Below are positions 10,764 through 20,183 of a DNA stretch of 64,000 nt, in pieces (positions within the stretch are counted from its first letter, which is position 1; every line of letters starts with the position of its first letter). The position numbers and the translations under genes were made by a program. The notes beneath the pieces are model-generated. The model was given only the letters and a program-made list of their open reading frames with translations. It had not been told where the DNA came from and did no database searches. The DNA is taken from positions 177,649 to 241,648 of IMG/VR virus record IMGVR_UViG_3300032516_000001; one strand, given 5' to 3'.

Positions 10764-12701
10764 TTATGCTAACCATTGTGCCATCACGACGGCTGAATTA
10801 GATACAATGGGATCAGGAGCATATAAACCGGCCCAATCCGGAATATCAGTCACATTCCAGAATATGTATAACCCAGTATGAGTATCGATACCACGCATCT
10901 GGAAAAAATAGAAAGTAGTGGTAACTGTCGTAGAATCATTTACTGTTATCGCGGTCTCATCAATGGTAACCTGTATAACACTGATAATCTTCTCGGCCAG
11001 TGCCTCGTCAGTGACATCAATATCATCGGCAGCAATTACTACGATCTCAAAGCTAGCATTGATATTATCAACAATGGTGATTTCATCGCATCCAATTGAT
11101 TCGTCGATATCGATAATAGTACCCGTGATCAAGATACTATCGGACAGCTCCACAATGAGGTCGCTTGAACAAACAACGGTATCGACTACTACAGCAGTGT
11201 CAGACACTAACCGTCCGTAAATACTACTGTGCGCAACCGCGTCTATCACCTCGATGCTGTCTTCCGCCGACCGAATCGCATCCCGAGAAATAGCTACCTC
11301 ATCATCAGCTACTACGACAGCATCACTGATTGATCGTGACAGATCAGTCTCATAGGAAGTCTCGTCACCAATCAACGTTATGGTGTCACCCAACACCCTA
11401 ACGAAGACATTGGATCGTATAATCTCATCGGTGACCAATGCGGCATCACTTGAAGAACGAACCGTATCAGTAGCCAAAGCAACCGAATCCGTAATGGTAG
11501 TCGCATCATCTACCCCTATAGATAAGAGCTTATATAGCGCTACTTCGACATCATCGGTAATCTCCAGCGCTGTCTCTTCAATCTCTACCTCACCACCTAT
11601 TTCAGCTTCGATGACGATGCTGTCTGTAAGTTCGCTGATGTCGGCTACTGTAACGTAGGTGTACCGACCCCACAGCGCATTGTCAGTAGTATCTACAGCA
11701 TCAGATACTTCAACCGAAACAACAGCAAACTTCTTGGTCTCCGCCGAATCGGTGATCTCTGCTACATCACTCGCACTTGTGTTATTGCTCTTTGTCTTTT
11801 CGACTACATCAACAACTACCTCAGCATCAGTAGCATCAACGACAGCGAATCGATATGTCGATGCAGTGTCAGTGACTATAACTGTGTCACTAGGAACCCG
11901 CCCTAGAACAGATACCCTTGAGGCAGCATCGGCAACTTCTATCGTGTCACCAGGAATTCGATTGGCAAGCAATCCTCTAGTCGCCGAGTCAGCAGTTACA
12001 GCAGTATCACTTGCCGCAACAATAGCTGTACGAGTCTCAACACAGGAATCAGTGATTACAACTGTATCGTTTAGAGCAACTGTGTAGATGGCACCGAAAG
12101 CCGTGGTCGTGATTGCTGCGGCGGTGCCCACGCGCAAATCCACGTCGCTACCGGTGTTGTCACCAACTCCCGTAATCTCCCAAGCTACCTCAACAAACAA
12201 GTACTCATTTGTTAGCGTGATGGCGCCGGGATTGAAGCTTACGGTAGATGTCTGCGCTGCGGCCGTAGTCAGGTCCGTAACCGCAGAACCGACCTGAGCG
12301 GCACTTGTGATCTGTGTTGCACCAGAACCAGTGGCATTGGTACCACGATGCAATCGAATGCAGATCCTACCATCCTGAGTAGTACCCTTGGTGACGGCAA
12401 TGACAGGAAATGCAAAGGTCCAAGTACCGGCTGCAAAGATACCGTTGAGTGTGCCCTCCGTTCTAAACCCATTACCGTTAGTGTTATCGAGCGTACCATT
12501 GGGCATCGGAGTGGTGCTGAACGTGGACACCGCACGCTCGACCCCGGCGTACATATTGGACCATTGCCCACTCGTGATGGTCTTAGCAACAACCCACCCC
12601 GTACCCGTCGTCGCCGTCGAGGGCGCAGACCCGCCGTCCTGAAGCGACAGGAAAGTGCTACCAGAGGCGGCAGCGTTCTTCAGGTAGAGGGTCTTAGCCA
12701 T
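10764..12701 (-). CDS. Putative virion fibre protein with acidic SD-T/A-xx-V-T-D repeats of about 20 aa
   Basis: Gly/Thr-rich beta-like N-terminal domain followed by many periodic D/T/V/A repeats. Lies among structural genes. Confidence 0.6.
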   Translation of the reverse strand: MAKTLYLKNAAASGSTFLSLQDGGSAPSTATTGTGWVVAKTITSGQWSNMYAGVERAVSTFSTTPMPNGTLDNTNGNGFRTEGTLNGIFAAGTWTFAFPVIAVTKGTTQDGRICIRLHRGTNATGSGATQITSAAQVGSAVTDLTTAAAQTSTVSFNPGAITLTNEYLFVEVAWEITGVGDNTGSDVDLRVGTAAAITTTAFGAIYTVALNDTVVITDSCVETRTAIVAASDTAVTADSATRGLLANRIPGDTIEVADAASRVSVLGRVPSDTVIVTDTASTYRFAVVDATDAEVVVDVVEKTKSNNTSASDVAEITDSAETKKFAVVSVEVSDAVDTTDNALWGRYTYVTVADISELTDSIVIEAEIGGEVEIEETALEITDDVEVALYKLLSIGVDDATTITDSVALATDTVRSSSDAALVTDEIIRSNVFVRVLGDTITLIGDETSYETDLSRSISDAVVVADDEVAISRDAIRSAEDSIEVIDAVAHSSIYGRLVSDTAVVVDTVVCSSDLIVELSDSILITGTIIDIDESIGCDEITIVDNINASFEIVVIAADDIDVTDEALAEKIISVIQVTIDETAITVNDSTTVTTTFYFFQMRGIDTHTGLYIFWNVTDIPDWAGLYAPDPIVSNSAVVMAQWLA

Positions 12702-12704
12702 GAT

Positions 12705-13946
12705 TTATGACTCCCCTTCCCTGATAGAGATAGAAATAACACGACCCGCAGGCAGCGACCTCTCAATTTCCGCGGACCTAGCTGTAGCATCGGATGAAAT
12801 CGCATTATCACTGGCAGAAAGCACCAAAGAGCTGGCGTTCTCTACCTCATCATCAAGTATTATAGAATCACTGGCACTACGATTAAACTGTTCAGTAGCA
12901 ACCGATAAATCTGTTACCACAACAGAATCATCGGTTGCCACTGAACGAATTGCGTAGAGTCGCGTAGATGCCGAGTCTGCTGTTACCCCTGTATCATTGG
13001 CAGTCCTACTAAAGACCGAGACCACCCCAAGGGAATCTCCTGTGACGACCGTATCCTCCGTCACCCTAGAGGCAAAGGAACCAACTCCGGTTGCATCCGT
13101 AGTTACAACTGCATCGGCAGCGGACACAGTATTGACGACGGCAATATTCTCAATCGAGTCCCCAAGATCATAGAATGAACAGTTGAAGTAGAGCGGGTAG
13201 GAGTCAATCGTACCTGGCGAGGTACGAATCAGAATATCATTCTGGTAGTACCGAACTACGCCGTCCACTACCTCGACACGAAACACATCATCTGCCGAGT
13301 AGGGGATGAGGGGATCGGGGTAAATCCATATCCCCTCCTCTACCATCTCTACATACCCAGAGTCAATTAGGCAGAATCCGTAGGCCAAACAGTCCCACCC
13401 ATAGTCTGTGATGCCATAGCATAACCCAGCCATCACATTCATGACGGTGGCAGGAGTAAACTTGACGTATCCATTCACCGACACAGCGGCTACTGACGTT
13501 GCCCCCATGCCCCAGTTGCCACCAGTATCCATGGTAGATGTGAGGCTCGCCCCATCATCGTCGCACCAAACGATGTTGTTCCAGGTTCGATTCCACTTGG
13601 TTACTATGTAGCCGTCGTCGTTTCCTATATCGTAAATGACCAAGGAGTCGCTGGAACTACGGCCCAGCTCACCTAGTGCAGAAACTGCGTCTGTAGTGTC
13701 TACGGTGTCGGAGACCTCTGCACTGAGAATCTTATGCGCCGCAGCTACATCAGTAACATCAACAGTGTCGGAAACACTAACACTGTGCGTAACACCAGTC
13801 TGAGCCAAGTCAGTGACGACAACAACTTCAGCGTCCGCCAGGTACTCGACCGTGTACGGCGGTTCCGTGATGACGATGGAGTCGGATACCTTCACCTCTA
13901 TCAGGCGAGAACGGAACAGAATCGGTGTGAGTACGCCTTGGTTCAT
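12705..13946 (-). CDS. Putative fibre/receptor-binding protein: acidic repeats flanking one beta-sandwich (lectin-like) domain
   Basis: Same repeats as 10764..12701. The central NGYVKF...VRYYQN...YPL domain matches the repeats in 16006..18123. Confidence 0.55.
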   Translation of the reverse strand: MNQGVLTPILFRSRLIEVKVSDSIVITEPPYTVEYLADAEVVVVTDLAQTGVTHSVSVSDTVDVTDVAAAHKILSAEVSDTVDTTDAVSALGELGRSSSDSLVIYDIGNDDGYIVTKWNRTWNNIVWCDDDGASLTSTMDTGGNWGMGATSVAAVSVNGYVKFTPATVMNVMAGLCYGITDYGWDCLAYGFCLIDSGYVEMVEEGIWIYPDPLIPYSADDVFRVEVVDGVVRYYQNDILIRTSPGTIDSYPLYFNCSFYDLGDSIENIAVVNTVSAADAVVTTDATGVGSFASRVTEDTVVTGDSLGVVSVFSRTANDTGVTADSASTRLYAIRSVATDDSVVVTDLSVATEQFNRSASDSIILDDEVENASSLVLSASDNAISSDATARSAEIERSLPAGRVISISIREGES

Positions 13947-13973
13947 GGAACTACGCCTTGGTTCATGGAACTA
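13932..13973. repeat. 20-bp tandem duplication at a stop/start junction
   Basis: tacgccttggttcatggaac occurs at 13932-13951 and 13952-13971. Confidence 0.9.
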
Positions 13974-14796
13974 GACCATAGAGGGCAACATCAAGACACC
14001 TATACGTGGTATCCGATGACGAGCACTGCACGTTCACTGAGAAGCGTTGTCCAGTTGGGACATCACACGGATAGATGTGTGTCTGTTGTGGATATCTCGA
14101 ATGGCAAGAGTAGCCCAGTGACAGGTGTAGGTTGGGCACGAGTATACGCTCTGAACTACTTGCGCCTGTCTCAATATCCATCATGTACATACCTAGATTA
14201 GTCTCAGTTGTATGACCGTCTGGACCGATCATGGCAAAGATCCCAGCGATGCGCTCAGAGCTGCTCGAAATAATCTGTGTCCTGACCCGGGTGTTTACTG
14301 TACCACCGGGATCCACCGAAACGCCACGATTGCTCGATGGCGAGTAGAGCGCTATGCAACGCGAGAAGCCAGGGGCTCCCATCGGTCCAGAACTAAATCC
14401 CTGGAGCATCGCGTAGATGCTACGACCATTTGTATCACACCGGGTACGTGCTGAGACACGCAATCCTGCTGGGATGTGCAGGGGAAGCACCACGTTTGAT
14501 GCCATCTCCTCCGTGTATCTAGTTCCCTGTAGCCGCAAGTCGGCAGCGATGACCCAGTAGTTGGCCGAACCGTCGTATACCCCCAAGTCAACCAGGTAGT
14601 CCTTGTGTGTGTCATCCAGGTCTGGAACAGCGAAGGACAGAACAACGTACTCATACGCAAATGCGGTGCTGCTTATGAGAGCGTTCCAGGAACCCTTGGC
14701 ATCGGCACCAGAAACTAACTCGATGCCCAGAGTGTTGCTCTGAAGCGTCGAAGCCTCGCTACGAACACCGAGCGCTGTATGGTATTGCAACGGCAT
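13963..14796 (-). CDS. Hypothetical virion-associated protein (paralog A)
   Basis: Runs MPLQYH...LYGLVP, has an internal two-fold repeat and is similar to 14808..15647. Confidence 0.6.
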   Translation of the reverse strand: MPLQYHTALGVRSEASTLQSNTLGIELVSGADAKGSWNALISSTAFAYEYVVLSFAVPDLDDTHKDYLVDLGVYDGSANYWVIAADLRLQGTRYTEEMASNVVLPLHIPAGLRVSARTRCDTNGRSIYAMLQGFSSGPMGAPGFSRCIALYSPSSNRGVSVDPGGTVNTRVRTQIISSSSERIAGIFAMIGPDGHTTETNLGMYMMDIETGASSSERILVPNLHLSLGYSCHSRYPQQTHIYPCDVPTGQRFSVNVQCSSSDTTYRCLDVALYGLVP

Positions 14797-14807
14797 CGCT
14801 ACACCAG

Positions 14808-15647
14808 TTACGGAACGAGCCCATACAAGGAAAAGTCCATGTGTGAACCAGGGTCGGACTTGAGGCTGGACTGGTAGTTGACGGAAAAGCGCTCCCCGGC
14901 CGGTACATCGCAGGGGTATAGCGGCGTGACCTGTGGGAAGACTTTGTACTGATACTGTGCGTGCACGCCGTAGAGGTTTGGTGCCAATATGCGCTCAGAG
15001 CCAGACCCTCCAGTTTCTATGTCGATGCAGAGTTTGTTCATTGTGCCGCTAGCGTCGTAATCGGGCCCAATGACCGCAAAGATTGCTCCAACTCTAGCGC
15101 TGCTGCTTGAGATGATCTGAACCCTCGTGCGCGTGTTAGCGGCAGACACATCGCACGAAACCCCCTGACATGTACTGTCTGGAGTAAATAGTGTGACACA
15201 CCTAGAGAAGCCCGGCACCCCCATGTAGTTAGAGCTGAAGCCCTGTATTGTCACATCGACAATCGTGTTAGTGCCAGCAGAAGACAGCGCCCTCGCAGCC
15301 AAAAGAGAGCCCTTCGGAATGTGAAGTGGCAAGGGAATGTGCACGACGCTCTCCTGGTCATTCGGGTAGGAAAATGGCAAGTGCAGGTCCGGGGCTATGA
15401 TGAAATAGGTAGAGGAGCCATCATAGATGCCAATGTCTACCAAGAAGTCGACATCCGAGATGTCGTAGTTCAGCAGCTCCACAACTAGCAGCTCGTACGT
15501 AAAGGTAGTAGACGCAATGAGCGTGTTCCACGATCCCTTGATTAGCCCACCGGAGTAGCCAGCAGAGCACCCAAAGCCCCGCGTACCCGATTGCACTGCC
15601 GAGGCTTCGCAGCGTACGCCATGACTCTGATGATACTGAAGTGGCAT
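14808..15647 (-). CDS. Hypothetical virion-associated protein (paralog B)
   Basis: Start moved to 15647 (MPLQYH), giving a TGATG overlap with the upstream gene and matching the paralog. Confidence 0.6.
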   Translation of the reverse strand: MPLQYHQSHGVRCEASAVQSGTRGFGCSAGYSGGLIKGSWNTLIASTTFTYELLVVELLNYDISDVDFLVDIGIYDGSSTYFIIAPDLHLPFSYPNDQESVVHIPLPLHIPKGSLLAARALSSAGTNTIVDVTIQGFSSNYMGVPGFSRCVTLFTPDSTCQGVSCDVSAANTRTRVQIISSSSARVGAIFAVIGPDYDASGTMNKLCIDIETGGSGSERILAPNLYGVHAQYQYKVFPQVTPLYPCDVPAGERFSVNYQSSLKSDPGSHMDFSLYGLVP

Positions 15648-15985
15648 CACTGCACCTGATAGACAGCCCACGGAAAAGCACGACCAGTTCCCTGTGTCTG
15701 CTTCAACGTGTAGCGCGTATAGTGTGGAGAGACCCTAGGAGTCGTCTCGAATAACGTCTCTGTCTGCGCACCTACTATGGTGTAGGTTTTCAGCAAACGC
15801 TCTGTGTCACTACTACGCGCCTTGCCGTACTCACGCAGCTCCAAAATGTCTGGGGTACTCCCACCGGTCATGTTCGCAGTGTCGACGGCAAGACAGTAGA
15901 CGTTTGCCGCAGAAATCGAAGCCAGCCCATGCTCTGTCGTGACTGTCGCCGTTTGACTTCCTGATGTGTAGACAGCTAAGGTCAT
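15647..15985 (-). CDS. Hypothetical protein
   Basis: AGGAG ribosome-binding site, operonic spacing, 112 aa. Confidence 0.65.
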   Translation of the reverse strand: MTLAVYTSGSQTATVTTEHGLASISAANVYCLAVDTANMTGGSTPDILELREYGKARSSDTERLLKTYTIVGAQTETLFETTPRVSPHYTRYTLKQTQGTGRAFPWAVYQVQ

Positions 15986-16005
15986 TACTCACTCCTGTTG
16001 CAGGC

Positions 16006-18123
16006 TCAGCCCCCAAAGTTGACGTGTATGGTATGTGCAATGGAAACGGGTACTCCAACCGCCTGCGTGATGTTGATGTTGGTAAGGGTAGACGAGACAG
16101 TGTGGATTCCGGCGTCAACCACCATAGGTAACGTCGCAATGGTCTGGCTCGTGTACGCCAGTACCCCGTTCCGGTAGTACGACACTATTCCGTGCGAGGT
16201 CACCGCGATCTTGAACACGTCGTCAACGGAGAACCCCTCAGTGATGACCGCCACATAGGCCCCGTTCTCAATGATATAAGCGGAGTCCTCGTACAGGTAG
16301 ACCCCGTACTGGTAGTTGACCTGTGTAAATTCCTGATCACCGTGGTACGTGTTCAGACCGCATACCTTGTACTTGCTGACACCGTTCTCCGAGGTCTTGA
16401 ACTCCACGTAACCGCCATTGGAAGAGATCGTCTGTTTCGAGGTAGCCCCACAAGCCCATGGCTCGTACCCACCGACCTTCGTCATCCCATGCGCGGTGGT
16501 CGCTACTCCGACGATGTTTCTCCAATGCGCATTTTCACCGCGGGTAAGGACCGAGTCTGTAACAACAACCGCATTGGCGTCGGAACCGCTTACCGTGATG
16601 GCTGAGAAGCCGCGCGTGTTGTCGTAAATTTGGAAGCAGACGATGAGGCGCCCGGTTGATGACGTCGTGCTGGTGTAGACCAGCCCGCCATCCTTGTAAT
16701 ACCGGACCGTCGTACCAACACGCGCGATCTTGAACACGCTGGAGTTGGCCACGTAGGCAGGCCAACTAGAACCCGGATCGTGATAGGTACCGTTCTCCTT
16801 TACCTCATACGCAGGGGTCACTGCATTGGAACAGCAGATGGAGTAATTGAGGTAGTCGGCGGCCAACCCCTCGCCATCCGCGAGCCCAACGTTGCCAGCC
16901 ATCTCGAACAGGCTGGCCTTAAACTCCACATACCCATCACCATTGATGACGCCCAGCACGTAACCGCCAACGTAAACGCCATTGTTGGCCAGGTTCCTGG
17001 TGATGCTGGTTGCTGTAGTTGTGCAGTTAGCAACGTCATACCAGAACGTGTTAGTGTCAGCAACGTCTACCGTCTTAGTGATGGCAACATCAGAGACCGT
17101 CGAAGCTGTACTATAGCCCGAGTACGTGACCTTTAGAGGTGCGGCAACATATGCTTTAACGAGGCTGGTATACTTGACAACATTATCTATTGAGTAGGTA
17201 ACGACACCTCGTCTGACCTGAATACGAAACAGTGAGGCATTAGTGACTACTCCGTAGTCAGGTGTAGAGGAGAAGGGGTACTCATAGAGAAACGCTTTGG
17301 GGGTACCATCAAGAATGGAGTACCAGTTAAAATAACCACCGAACACATACGTCTCATACACTGCGGAGGAATACCCAAGACCAACCATTGCATTGTAGCC
17401 GACCCAAGCATCAAACGTAAATTCGACGAAGCCGTCTGCTTCGATGGTGCTTCGCGACCGCGCCATCGTACCTTCCCAGCCAGCACCAGGCAGTGTACGA
17501 AGCAATGATCTTTGGTCGGCATACAACCTGGCACCGTGGATATCCTCCCATATCTGAGTAGACAGCGCTACATCTATGCTTTCTGCTGCGATAAGACCAG
17601 GCGTGTTGTAAAGAGCGATGTTATTAAACCAACCAGTGTTCGTATAGAAGTCCATAATAATGTTCAGAGGACGGACGAGTGCGTCATGAACGCTTGTATA
17701 GATCAATGCGCCATCTTTGTAGTAACGGACTAGATTGCCATCTATCGCTATCTTCCAAACAGTGGAGGTCGTATAACTGGAATCAATGATGCTGTATCCG
17801 GTCTTGCCACCCCCCCACTCCCAGGCGTAGACGTTGCCGCTACCATTAAAATACAGACCGAAGTTTACGTTGTACGGAGTACCAGTGGTCCAAGTCGAGT
17901 TATACAACCCGCAGACCATCTGCTTACCAGTCATCGCTGTGAAGGTCAGATAGCCATTGTTATCGATATGTCCAGTAGATGAGCAACCGGCATCCCACGC
18001 GCCACCACCGCTATTTCTTGCTACGTAGGTCTGGGAATCGATGTTGACGTTGGCATTGTATCCCCAGTTAGGTGTTTGCTGAACCGGGGTAGAGCTGGTA
18101 GGGTCGTTAACTGAAACGTTCAT
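16006..18123 (-). CDS. Putative receptor-binding protein with four tandem beta-sandwich (ConA/SPRY-like) repeats
   Basis: Four copies of G[YF][LV]xF...GL...[WF]xI...V[RTS]Y...YTS. Start probably 18123 rather than 18174. Confidence 0.55.
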   Translation of the reverse strand: MNVSVNDPTSSTPVQQTPNWGYNANVNIDSQTYVARNSGGGAWDAGCSSTGHIDNNGYLTFTAMTGKQMVCGLYNSTWTTGTPYNVNFGLYFNGSGNVYAWEWGGGKTGYSIIDSSYTTSTVWKIAIDGNLVRYYKDGALIYTSVHDALVRPLNIIMDFYTNTGWFNNIALYNTPGLIAAESIDVALSTQIWEDIHGARLYADQRSLLRTLPGAGWEGTMARSRSTIEADGFVEFTFDAWVGYNAMVGLGYSSAVYETYVFGGYFNWYSILDGTPKAFLYEYPFSSTPDYGVVTNASLFRIQVRRGVVTYSIDNVVKYTSLVKAYVAAPLKVTYSGYSTASTVSDVAITKTVDVADTNTFWYDVANCTTTATSITRNLANNGVYVGGYVLGVINGDGYVEFKASLFEMAGNVGLADGEGLAADYLNYSICCSNAVTPAYEVKENGTYHDPGSSWPAYVANSSVFKIARVGTTVRYYKDGGLVYTSTTSSTGRLIVCFQIYDNTRGFSAITVSGSDANAVVVTDSVLTRGENAHWRNIVGVATTAHGMTKVGGYEPWACGATSKQTISSNGGYVEFKTSENGVSKYKVCGLNTYHGDQEFTQVNYQYGVYLYEDSAYIIENGAYVAVITEGFSVDDVFKIAVTSHGIVSYYRNGVLAYTSQTIATLPMVVDAGIHTVSSTLTNINITQAVGVPVSIAHTIHVNFGG

Positions 18124-18655
18124 AGGTGAGACTCCATGGGCCGGACGTGACATCATCAGCTTCATTAACTTCAAGCGTCATCTGCTGGTTGTCATAAGTG
18201 GAGTTGTTATAGACGGCTACCAACACCTCCCACATATCTGTGGCAGCACCAGCAGACCAACTTACACTTCCTGTTGACGCAACCTTGATACCGGTCCCTG
18301 TAAAGTTGGTCTGCGAATCTGTTTTTGTTTCCAAGTCTGCACTTGTTGAAACCCTGGCAAAATGACCGGCGGCATCATCTATGGTTTTAACTCCGTAGCG
18401 GATATCTGAACCAGCTGCGATACAGTCTAATTGAGCAGTATACGTACCAGTTGCCCACGCCGCATCCCCTACACCACCAGTTGGCCCTGTAAAGCAAAAC
18501 CCCAGTACCGAATCGCCTGGCCCTGGGTAATAGTTAATAAGGCCAGTGACTAAATTGCCCGCAGCACTTGTAGTTGTTAAGACGGCAGTGTTGCCACTTC
18601 TTGCGCTATGAACAGATGTTCCCGCGGCAGTGTTTGACAGGTAAAGATTACCCAT
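18107..18655 (-). CDS. Hypothetical beta-rich virion protein
   Basis: LYL N-terminus and WATGTYT motif resemble the N-terminal domain of 10764..12701 (LYL, FAAGTWT). Confidence 0.55.
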   Translation of the reverse strand: MGNLYLSNTAAGTSVHSARSGNTAVLTTTSAAGNLVTGLINYYPGPGDSVLGFCFTGPTGGVGDAAWATGTYTAQLDCIAAGSDIRYGVKTIDDAAGHFARVSTSADLETKTDSQTNFTGTGIKVASTGSVSWSAGAATDMWEVLVAVYNNSTYDNQQMTLEVNEADDVTSGPWSLTYERFS

Positions 18656-18657
18656 GA

Positions 18658-19233
18658 CTAGCTTCTCACTTTGCCATCACGCAGACGGTCAACCGAAATG
18701 CCTTCAGTCCACTCGCGCCAACCGTGCAGAGTTTGGGCATCATGGTACTGCTTGTCCACTTCATCCTGTGTTCTGGTATACCCATTACCGCACGGAATGT
18801 GCCCGTGTCTCACCTTGTTATCATTGGGCTCTTTCCATTTCACCCGCTCATGCACAGTTGTGTTCTCGGTGTCCAGATACATAGCGTGATGCCTTGAACC
18901 AGCATCGGCATAGACCACACGACTCTGGCGCGTGTTGTATTTCCCGCCCACTTTGGGATCTGGGGCTAGGGGCAAGAACTGCCAAGTCACGGGGTCAATC
19001 TCAGGATCATCGTGCCAAGTAGTGATCCGACACCCTCGTCCAGCAATGGGCTCTACATGGCAGTGGTCAAATCCACTGAATTCAACACCTTGGATGTTCA
19101 CTGCCGCGATGAGTCCCGGACTGTCATCGATGGCAGACCCGTGATCCTTCTTGGCAAGCTTGTGCCAATCTTCACTGTCGACTTCTACCCAGTCCTCGGG
19201 GTTACTCTTGGCCCATTGCACTAGAATCTTCAT
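18658..19233 (-). CDS. Hypothetical protein
   Basis: AGGAG ribosome-binding site, 191 aa. Confidence 0.65.
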   Translation of the reverse strand: MKILVQWAKSNPEDWVEVDSEDWHKLAKKDHGSAIDDSPGLIAAVNIQGVEFSGFDHCHVEPIAGRGCRITTWHDDPEIDPVTWQFLPLAPDPKVGGKYNTRQSRVVYADAGSRHHAMYLDTENTTVHERVKWKEPNDNKVRHGHIPCGNGYTRTQDEVDKQYHDAQTLHGWREWTEGISVDRLRDGKVRS

Positions 19234-19329
19234 GGTCCGCTCCTATACCCCAGATACATATAATCCGACACCCTCTGGGAGAGACCCGATGATGCCGGAC
19301 TTACGCCGTCCGGAGAAGACCGACCGGAC

Positions 19330-19647
19330 TCAGTTGAGCTTTGGAGGCTCGATGACGAAACGGCAGTCTCCTCGCGAACAGATGCGTGCACCATTGTGGT
19401 GCTCCTTCGTCTCCTTCCCGCATATGGGACATGGGTGACGAGCATTAATCATAATTTCTGGAGTCATTGCTGCTTGCTCGACACGCTTACGACATGTCCC
19501 ATTGGAACAAATGCGCCAGCCAAGTTGCTGATCCTCCTTCATAGCCGAACCACACCCAGGACATTTGTAGACTTTAATGCCGGGGTTGCTAGTTGAAACA
19601 ACTAGCACATGATCCGAAGAATCAATCGTATCTTTCAGAAAAGCCAT
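19330..19647 (-). CDS. Double zinc-ribbon protein
   Basis: Two copies of CPxCG...RICSxGxCR. Confidence 0.65.
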   Translation of the reverse strand: MAFLKDTIDSSDHVLVVSTSNPGIKVYKCPGCGSAMKEDQQLGWRICSNGTCRKRVEQAAMTPEIMINARHPCPICGKETKEHHNGARICSRGDCRFVIEPPKLN

Positions 19648-19673
19648 TGGTAGTCTCCTATTTAGTCTTCGGG

Positions 19674-20183
19674 TTACGTAATACGAATACGGTAAGAAAT
19701 CTTCAGCTTATCTGCCTTCGTCTTCGCGACGGCGGTGTATACACATCGCATCATTGCTGTGCCACCGGGGCTGGTATGCTGACAAAGTAATACCACCTCC
19801 TTGGCTGCGGCAAATGACAGGATACCACCTGTAGTGGTACCAGCTCCGGATGGGTAGCTATTGATATACAAAAATGTCTGGCCCGTCGACATGGTTTTAC
19901 TATCAACCGTGTTTAGAGAGCCGCCTATAGGTGTCTGTACGTTGACGTTAGCCCCAGTTGCCGCTGCACTACCAGAACCAATACGCATCTGATCGAACAC
20001 TGTAGATTTGTGTCCAGATACTAGTTCCCAGATGTGCTTTTTACCGCAAGTTACCACAAGATTGTGTGATACTACACGCTTAGTACGTACAGGGCCATGC
20101 TTACCATCCCGCCAAACCTCAACTTCCACATAACCCCCAGCTCCAACATTATCAACTCTGTTTCGATTCTGCCGATTTTCCAT
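19674..20183 (-). CDS. Putative tail/fibre-associated structural protein
   Basis: HNLVVTCG...MRIGSG...KTKADKLKISYRI, a pattern seen in phage tail-fibre N-terminal domains. Start moved to 20183 (GGAG upstream). Confidence 0.55.
   Translation of the reverse strand: MENRQNRNRVDNVGAGGYVEVEVWRDGKHGPVRTKRVVSHNLVVTCGKKHIWELVSGHKSTVFDQMRIGSGSAAATGANVNVQTPIGGSLNTVDSKTMSTGQTFLYINSYPSGAGTTTGGILSFAAAKEVVLLCQHTSPGGTAMMRCVYTAVAKTKADKLKISYRIRIT

Noticed and set aside
10878-19596. Many antisense or overlapping ORFs in the fibre cassette
   Set aside because: They overlap coherent, tightly packed minus-strand genes, as expected in GC-richer sequence.
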